From Octopus vulgaris (lineage: Eukaryota): a stretch of 64,000 bases of DNA. The DNA lies in NCBI GenBank assembly GCA_951406725.2, contig OX597814.1:117924001-117988000 (forward strand), in the 5' to 3' direction. The notes under the pieces were generated by a model. It did no database searches and was not told where the DNA came from. It worked only from the letters and a program-made list of their open reading frames with translations. Positions 55,497 through 64,000 of this stretch are shown here, one piece after another (the stretch's first letter is position 1; every line of letters begins with the position of its first letter). The position numbers and the translations under genes are program-made.

Positions 55497-56408
55497 CAGG
55501 AAAAGGAAACCACTACATATGTAATATCTCAAGGAAATCGAAGGCAAATAAAAAAATTAACGCATTGGAGATGGCTACGAAAAAGTAATCTGTAAGGATG
55601 CACTGAGGCATTCATATGCAGCGCTGAGGAACACGCTCTGAGAACCACTAACACCAAGTTCCAGATAGAAAACAATTGCGAATTGCCCCTGTGTAGGATG
55701 TATGTCAGTAGTAACGAAACAATCTCACATATTGTGAGTGTGTATAGCAATCTGACTCAAAAGTACTACAAAAAAGGATGTATAATAACGTGACTAAATT
55801 TGTCCACTGGGGGCTATGTGAAAAGTACGGCCTGAACAGACCAAGAAATTTGTACGAACAAGAAGCATAAGGAATCACTGCAAAGAAGGAATATAAGATA
55901 CTGTGGGATTTTACAATCCAATATGACTCCCTAATCGAGCGGAGACCAGATGTTGTGGTAGATAAAGGAGAAAAGGAAACCAATGCCATAGATATTGCAA
56001 TAACTGGAGATGTATGCATAAGTGACAAAGAACTAGAAACAACAGAAAAGCACAGACTACTAAAAGACGAAATTGTAAGAATATAGACTATGAGGAGAGT
56101 GTCTGTCATTCCAGTAGTTATAGGGACACACGGAGGCATTAAAAACCAAGTTGGAGAAATATGTAAAAAAAAAATTGGAATTAACATAAGAACATAGCAA
56201 ATATCCGAAAAGTGCTGTGTTGGGGACGGCGAGAATTTTGAGTTTTAGTATTCGGATGTTAAATGCCTTCTACATTAATTAACAACCAAACATGAAAGCT
56301 TATAATGTGCAAAAAGATACGCCGTAAGACCCCTGACAGCAGGCTGCTGTCCGCTCTCGCAGAATCTGCCAGAACGAACGAGATGAAATATATTGAAACG
56401 TATAACAA
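55497..56408 (+). mobile_element. R4/Dong-like retrotransposon 3' part (zinc knuckle + RLE + 3' UTR)
   Basis: KPLH...WRWLRKSNL..TEAFICSAEEHALRT...CRM...ETISHIVS...VHWGLCEKYGL...KILWDFTIQ...RRPDVVV...IDIAI...VIPVVIGTHG; ends in (AAT)n. Confidence 0.9.
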
Positions 56409-56482
<74 letters not shown>

Positions 56483-56513
56483 TAATAATAATGATGATAA
56501 TAATAATAATAAT

Positions 56514-56567
<54 letters not shown>

Positions 56568-56587
56568 TATTATAATAATAATAATAA
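56409..56587. repeat. Long (AAT)n
   Basis: Directly visible. Confidence 0.95.
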
Positions 56588-57095
56588 TGGCCGTCTCCCC
56601 GCAAGCCAATCAGAGCTCAAAAATGATAACATTATCGTAGCACCAAAATGTTTTTGGAAACTAAAAGGAAAACTAAATCAGTATACCAAATCGCTTGTCC
56701 TATGGTTAATCTGGAAGCGCGTCCCCCAGGGAAGAGCCAGCCTGGGATCGAAAAGTCATCAACTGGCACAAACTCTTCTCCGAATACGGACATGGATGGT
56801 CACTTGAACGGGAAATTCCCCAACTCGAGCCCTCCAAGTTCACCACCACAACCACCATAGAAAGAAAAATATAAGCGGAACAAATGGACCCGAGAAGAGT
56901 ATAAAGAAGTAATATACGCTTATTACTATGCATTAGGTAGGCTATCTCAAGAGAGACACACCGCAAACTCTTACAGTATATGGAGGAGTATAGTTTAATG
57001 GCCTACCAATGTATACTATGAGTTTCTTTGCTCTAGGAGTCGGGAAGACACTCGGCAAGAAATGGAAGCAAGTTTGAAAGAAGAAGAAGAAAAAT
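56588..57095 (+). mobile_element. Internally deleted R4/Dong-like element (ORF N-terminus joined to a probable 3' UTR)
   Basis: KRNKWTREEYKEVIYAYYY at ~56873-56930 resembles the R4/Dong N-terminal motif; starts directly after (AAT)n and ends at (GAA)n(AAT)n. Confidence 0.65.
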
Positions 57096-57539
57096 AATAA
57101 TAATGATGATGATGGTGATGATGATCACATTTCCCAATGAATCATATATATGGTTTACTTATAAAACAGAATACAATCAGGATTGCATCGTATTGCCAAG
57201 AAGACCACGCATGGTGTTTGCTTCTGATGCATTACCATTTATTCTGTAATAGATATTAAAGCAGAAAACATAATATTTTAAAACCAATTTATTGGATGAA
57301 TATCAATATAAGCACATTGGTTTTAATTTGTGTGTTGTTTAAAAATAGCGACAGAATCTGCCGACGTATCGTTTATAATTTCTTAACCCACCAACCGTTT
57401 CAGAGGTGATCGAGGCTTTTTCTGTCTGAAATCAATAACCACTAAGAATTTGGTTATAAAGCCGTCACGACTATCAACGTCTTTCTAACGACACCTATTA
57501 AACACTATAGCATATGACAGAACTCATACATATATATAT

Positions 57540-57980
57540 ATATACAGAAAGCGTGAACAAGTTCAAAATAATAGTACCCTTTAATATCATCAAATACTTC
57601 AATATATAATAGTGTACATTTAAACACAGGAGAATCTACCTATAACAGGTAATTTTCCACGCTAGAAGAAGCAGACCAAACGATCAAAACCACATTTAAG
57701 AGCAATTTCCGAAGGAATTGAAAAATAAAAACTTTTACCTTATTATTTTGTTATTTTTTACGAATGTAAAAAATAACAAAGGTAAGTTTTTATTTTTCAT
57801 TCCCTTCGAAAATTGCTCTTAAATATGGTTTGGGCCGTTTTCGCTGCTTCTTTTAGCATATAAAATTACCTGTTATAGGTAGTTTCTCTTGTGTTTAAAT
57901 GTACACTATTTTATATTGAAGTATTTTATGTAATATAAGGGTACTATTACTTTGAACTTATTCACGGCTTCTCTGTATAT
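57540..57980. mobile_element. ~440-bp fold-back element (near-complete palindrome, 4-nt loop GAAT at 57762-57765)
   Basis: Arms complementary along their length (atatacaga..gtgaa.aagttcaaa.taatagtaccct... / ...agggtactattactttgaacttattcac..tctgtatat). Confidence 0.9.
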
Positions 57981-58209
57981 TTGAATGGTTTTATTAAATT
58001 ACTCTTATTTTCATATAAAACATCTGCATCACGGAAGCAATATCTATGTCTACACGATGTTTAGGAGACGAAACTCTTTCAATATTCCCTGTAATTATAG
58101 CATCTTATAATGTATATTTATAATGCACGCATGTCTACGAGCACCCACAGACATACGCATGCGCATGTGTGCATCTGTATTCCACATTTTCGCATCTCTC
58201 TCATGCGCT

Positions 58210-58257
<48 letters not shown>

Positions 58258-59343
58258 GTGTCTGTGTGTGTGTCTGTGTATGTTTATACACAGGCATACA
58301 TATAAATATATATGTATGTGTGTATGTTTATATATATATAGAGAGAGAGAGAAAAACAGGGGGAGACTAAGAAGGATAGAGAGAGGCAGGCAGGCAGACA
58401 GACAGAAATATTTAGAACTTAGGTGGCACATTGAATATCTAAAATTCAAAATTTTATTCATTGTGTAGCTCACATGTGAACTAGAATCAATAGGTAGATC
58501 TTAGAATTTTTCCTATTGTTAAGCTGCTGTAGTTATTGAAATATTTTCAATATAAAATCGATTAAGTTATGTTATTTAAGTATATATGGTTCTTCATATT
58601 TCCGGATCATGTTATAACATATATTCAATGTAATATTGTATCAATAAGATTATTAAAAATATCATACTGCATATTACGTTATTAGCCCTCAATAAAAGAC
58701 GAAGTGTTTGCAAAGTGTTTACCAAGTGCAGTATATCGTGCCAAATAATATAATCAAGTGGTCTGTCATATGATGTCATAGAAATCATTTCAAATACAGA
58801 TTTTAATTTTAGATGACATTCGTGAAACGAAAAAGGATGGTTGGTTTCTTATAAGTCATAAATTTTAAAGTGAATAACTGATCAATTTCAAGTCTTCAAT
58901 ATATTTCTTATATACTGCTATATGCTACATGTAATTAAGACTATGTGTGTGAGACGGTGTGTGTACCTATGCCTGAAAGCAATAAAAAAATACGTAAATA
59001 TCAGAGTATATTGTGTTATATACTAAATTGAACTTGTAAGTAGAGTGCATAATTTCTGAAGTATTTAGATGACATTTATCATCCGCTGTTATAGAAATAT
59101 ATTCTTGGCTGTTGTTATTTTCTGGGCCTTAATGAAGACAGACCACATATTTTCCCCACACATTACAATTATCTATTTCCATATCAAAGTTTCGTACCTC
59201 ATATTCTGTATTGGTGTCACTGACAGAATGGAAGAATTAGTGACATATCTTATATAGCGTCAGCATCTAAAGGGTAATTGGAGACAATAATTTCTTCTTT
59301 GTGTCTAAAGCAGCCGTTGCCAAATGGAATGTGCCCTACTCAC

Positions 59344-59408
59344 GTCCCGGACTCTTATGGCGGCATGTAGCAATATCTAAAATGGAGTACCGTCCAAAAT
59401 CCAATTAC
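59344..59408 (-). other. Candidate recursive-splice site with 65-nt cryptic exon (alternative 33-nt exon 59344-59376)
   Basis: Minus strand: gcttttctcTAG|GTAATT...GGGAC|gtgagt; internal acceptor ctccattttag. Confidence 0.3.
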
Positions 59409-59571
59409 CTAGAGAAAAGCACTGAAATTTTAGGACAACATTCGACGAAAGAAACCATAGTGTTTACTAGTAGATTGTCATCAACTATAAAGTGTGTTTC
59501 AATGAAAGTGCACTTTGCTGGTGGACCGTATGCAATGTATACATGTGGTGCAACAAAGCATGCGATCATGC

Positions 59572-59626
<55 letters not shown>

Positions 59627-59997
59627 GTAAAGAGAGGGTTTTACCTTCTCCATTGTAGTACAATTAAAGAATTGAGCGCTGCAAATTTAATATTTCATAC
59701 AAATGTATCTGGTTGCAGACATATTTTAATGCACATAAACTGCTTGAACGTCAAAATAATTAGTAAAAGCCTACAGAATAATTCTTACAATACCATTGTA
59801 TTTATCATCAAAAGGAAGTTCAAACACTCTACTCGAAACTTTCGAAAGAAATAACATTTTGTTGTTTTCCAGTATATACCTTTTATCAAAGCGAGTAGCG
59901 TGCCCCTTTTCAGCCCCGTCCTACAATTAGATAATTGCCTTGTTTTTGAATACCGTAATCTAACATTATTCATAGCTTTATGTATTATACTCCTTAC

Positions 59998-60069
59998 CAT
60001 TTCTATGTTAAAATATAAGCTGTCATACATCTGGATAGTTAAATCCGAATAACTGTATATCCTCGGCAA
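59998..60069 (-). CDS. Candidate 72-nt exon, phase 0-0, LPRIYSYSDLTIQMYDSLYFNIEM
   Basis: Acceptor caactatttcag, donor ATG|gtaagg; no homology recognised. Confidence 0.2.
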
Positions 60070-63004
60070 CTGAAATAGTTGACAATAAATTATACGAATT
60101 CATTATATTGCTAACACTACCGTATTGCCATTAGGTTACACATGTCATCATATCATAAATACCAGCCATCTATAGTTGTAGGTGATGTTTCATGAGAAAT
60201 ATATCATGCTTTAATATTGGATGCGATTGTGCCACATACATCAGTTTCTGTCTCATGGTTCCGTAATCAACGAAGCTATTTCTGAAGATACCGTGCAAAA
60301 TACTTTGATCACACTTTGTTCAGCTCTTAGTAATAGACTCTGTTTGCCTCTTAACACTCAAATATACAAATATAAACAATTGACAAACCAGTTTACAGGC
60401 ATTGCTATGTCCGCCCTTTCGGCGTCCACAGTGCAGCATGTTCTCGCGTTTTTAAGGTCATGCCACATTTTCCTCATTATCCGTTGGATAAATCTCCACC
60501 GAACCTTCGTTTGTTTCAGCCTCCGTTTCCATCTTATAAGGCGTCCCAAAATTCACCACTCCGGAGCAAATTTAATAGGGTTGCCCCTTTAATCAGCAAA
60601 GATCTCACTTGACATTTGAAGATCTGTCTTACGCTAATACCTCAGACGTGCAGATATTATGTTATATTATTACACAGGAATTTTGTTTAGTTGACACCAT
60701 GATTTCTATTCAGATATAGTATATATGTTTCACTCTCTCCACCCTATTTTAAATATCATCATGGAGATACATGTAAATAAACTACCACCCGCACCATCAC
60801 TACCACCACCAAAACCATAACCACCACGCTTTTTCATCACTTTTAAAATGTTTAACTATCACAATTCTACTACCACATTTACAGGTCCCGAAAATGAGTT
60901 TTACTTACTAGATGTTACAAATAAAATTTAATTTCAATTACGACCTGATTGAAAATTTCTTCCTTACGGATTTTATAACCTATGAAATGAAATTTATTAA
61001 AGGATTTTCGTAGAAATTTACAAGCAAGATATTACCATAAATGAAACTATAAACTTTTAATACATTGAAATCATATGAGTAATTTGAATATATTGACACG
61101 TTTGATATCGATTATTTGTAATTATAATTTACAGACTTCAGCCACATTCAAATGGTTATAAACATAACGCTACTTTCTAAAATAATTAGTTCATTAGTGC
61201 TGTCAACACATAAAAAAAAGACAAATGCTTAATTTATATTAAATGATACCATTTTAAGGAAAAGCCGACATTAGGTGGAATCCGGTTAATTTGAATTTTT
61301 AACTAGCACACGTTTATCTAGAATGATAATGAAATATTTTTCTTGCAAGTTTGGGACAATTAACCGAATTGTATAATTTTAACAAATGCAATTTATCGAA
61401 TTCAGCTGTCAAAACCTTATCTCTTTCCTATCTTTCATATTATTGTAGCATTCTTCCCTGTGCTGAAGGATTGTATATGTAATTATTTAAAGGATAATCC
61501 AGAAATGTCATTCGCATGCTAAGCAATAAACAAGTTACCATTAAAATTCTAACAAGTTGTGGAGAAGTATAAATGAAACCTATCAAATATTTGGTGTAAT
61601 TTTTAGTTCTTTATTCAGTAAGTAGCTCCATTTTCTTGCACTATAAGGTGTTCTAAAGAAATTATACATACATGTTTTGCATGCCATTATTATTTTGTTA
61701 AAAACACTGAAATACAAATCTCTGCGATCATACCATGGCACAATCGTTGCTGCTGAATAATTAATATGTGGAGTTCACAATCAAAAGATCTTGGGTATAA
61801 TTTGAAGAGTATAGTATTGCCGGCGTTATTATAAATTTTTTTCTGGGCGTATCTCCAAGTCACATAGATGAATATAAGTAACAACAAATTGTTGGTACTG
61901 CTATTTTTTCTTCCAGCTATAATATCCTTAATGTTATACAAGATAAAATGAGGGAGGATAAGACTATGCCAGGTTGCAATAGCTGAGTCCTGTGTAACAA
62001 ATAATGAAATCACTGTACATCTTATTCATTTGTGATTAACAACTCTAACTAATGCTATGAAATTAAAAATGATAACTAACTTGGTACATGTACATCTTAA
62101 GTGCCTTGATCATCTACTTACAGGCAACAGATAATAAGAGCTTACAATATTAGAACAGGAAACATCCGAAATTTTGTAACTGTGGAGACCATATACCACC
62201 GGGAACATCGTTTGTTAGCGGTACCTATTCAATACTTTCCTTTCTACAATTCAGTGTTTCATTTTTTTTTCTAAAATAATAAAATATTTATGGTTGATCC
62301 TATGACTGATTCTGTATGTAAATTTCATATTATATTTTATGTTGCACATTTTGTGTAGGAAATATTTCTTGAATCCACATTAGAAGTATTTCATAGATCT
62401 AACATCATAGTGAATATTTGACATTTTATCAATAACCATTAGGAATTTTTTCAATTATTGAACGCCAAACCCAAATATACAACAAACCAATAGACGGTAT
62501 TTCTCAGTAATTCTCCCGAGATGCTCTTTATTTGCTAGGATCGGTTCAACCATATATAATTTGCTCATTATTTTACATTCATCGGAAAATGTAAAATAGC
62601 CACTAGAACTAATAATAAACGTTTTTAACGGGAAAAATACCATGAAAGTGTATACCAATACTTTTATTCCTCAATGGGATAAAAAGTTTCAACTACATAC
62701 CTACCTACCTACCTTAGGAAAAATGTATCTATTTAATTATCCACCTCCATTACACTTATATTCACATGGAAACCCACACACACATACACATATATACAGA
62801 AGCTTTCTTTAAAATATTAGTAGAGAATAGTACTCAATACATGTTATGCTCTCTATATTTACTAGGCAACTCTATCAGTCATATTTTTGTAAATAAAATT
62901 TGAACAACATATTCGAATATAGTAGTATAGTAAAAAATTAGAGTGCGTATGCATATACATATACACGAAAATACACGCGCAGAACTAAGTGTACATACAT
63001 ATGT

Positions 63005-63155
63005 CGCGCAGGCATGGCTTCATGGTAGGAAGATTGTTTACTAAACCACATGGTTCCGGGTTCACTCCTACTGCATTGGAATTTAGGGCTAGTGTTTTCT
63101 TCCATACCCTCAGGCAGGGTAGATTTGGTAGGCAGAAACTGATAGAAGACCGTGG
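63005..63155 (+). mobile_element. SINE family B, degenerate 5' head
   Basis: gcgcaggcatggct...accacatggttccgggttcactcc...gatttggtaggcagaaactga. Confidence 0.75.
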
Positions 63156-63204
63156 TGTATATATATATATATATACGTTTATTAAGTATAAGTTATATAT
63201 ATGC

Positions 63205-63242
<38 letters not shown>

Positions 63243-63273
63243 CGTAAACAACTAAACATAGGATTATATACAT

Positions 63274-63319
<46 letters not shown>

Positions 63320-64000
63320 TTTATTATTATATAATTTTGATAGTTTTTGTTTTCGAATATATTATATATATTTACATAAAATTGTTACCTAAGATTTTTC
63401 CTATTTGGATTCATTCCTAATATTATTATTATTATATATATATATATGTATATATATATGTGCATGTATATATGTATGTATACTTGCCAAAGCTGGCAGA
63501 ATGAACAAGAGATATATATTACGGTGGATATTACAGATTTATCAAGGGTCATGTCTGTTCTCCACGCATTCCTGTTTGATATCACTTTCAACTACATTCT
63601 GTGAAGGTGTGAAATAATGTATAGCGTAATGCTCATGTGTGCGAAATTTTCCGATAAATCCATACGGACCTAAATTGCTAATGCACCGCCAATTATATTT
63701 TGCTCGATAACAATATACAAGAGAAAGTAGATATTCTTGTTTCCCTGATGCTATCTTCTGACAAGTGAAGTGAGATAAAGGAAAATAAACCTACTTGTAG
63801 GAGCCATATACAATCTGTTTGATCAATAATTAGCTAGTCTACACTACCCATATCGTATGTCCTTACACTATAACTAATACAAAACGCAGTCTTTAAAGCT
63901 CGCTCCGACATTGTTTCATTGCATGGTTTTGTAAATATGTGACGTAGAATTGCCATGATGTAAACACTTTTAAATTATCAGATGTATTTTATTTCCCTTA

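Noticed and set aside
60020-60069. Alternative frame AEDIQLFGFNYPDV* resembling a sulfotransferase C-terminus
   Set aside because: Only 14 residues, and I found no upstream sulfotransferase sequence.

Overview
AT-rich, microsatellite-dense eukaryotic DNA. The mix of tRNA-derived SINEs, (TA)n/(CA)n/(AAT)n arrays and decayed LINEs suggests an Octopus (coleoid cephalopod) genome; this is inferred from recognising the repeats, not from a search. There is no intact host protein-coding gene, tRNA/rRNA gene or CRISPR array, and nearly all listed ORFs are microsatellite artefacts. The coding remnants I recognise are all transposons: an RTE-clade endonuclease (48.6-49.6 kb, -), two CR1/L2-like RT fragments (16-17.5 and 27.1-28.3 kb), four R4/Dong-like pieces next to (TAA)n tracts, and a DD37D Tc1/mariner transposase (36.3-37.05 kb). 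The window looks like the inside of one or more very long introns. The most notable signals, all hypotheses: (1) minus-strand AG|GT recursive-splice-like sites, each followed by a short exon (54863, 59408); (2) a frame-compatible plus-strand chain of three candidate exons at 1.4-2.8 kb, with a 24-nt microexon and one in-frame UAG; (3) Penelope-type minimal hammerhead motifs, one inside a chimeric insertion bounded by a 12-bp direct repeat; (4) a family of long fold-back elements; (5) a stack of Dong-like elements in one (TAA)n tract.
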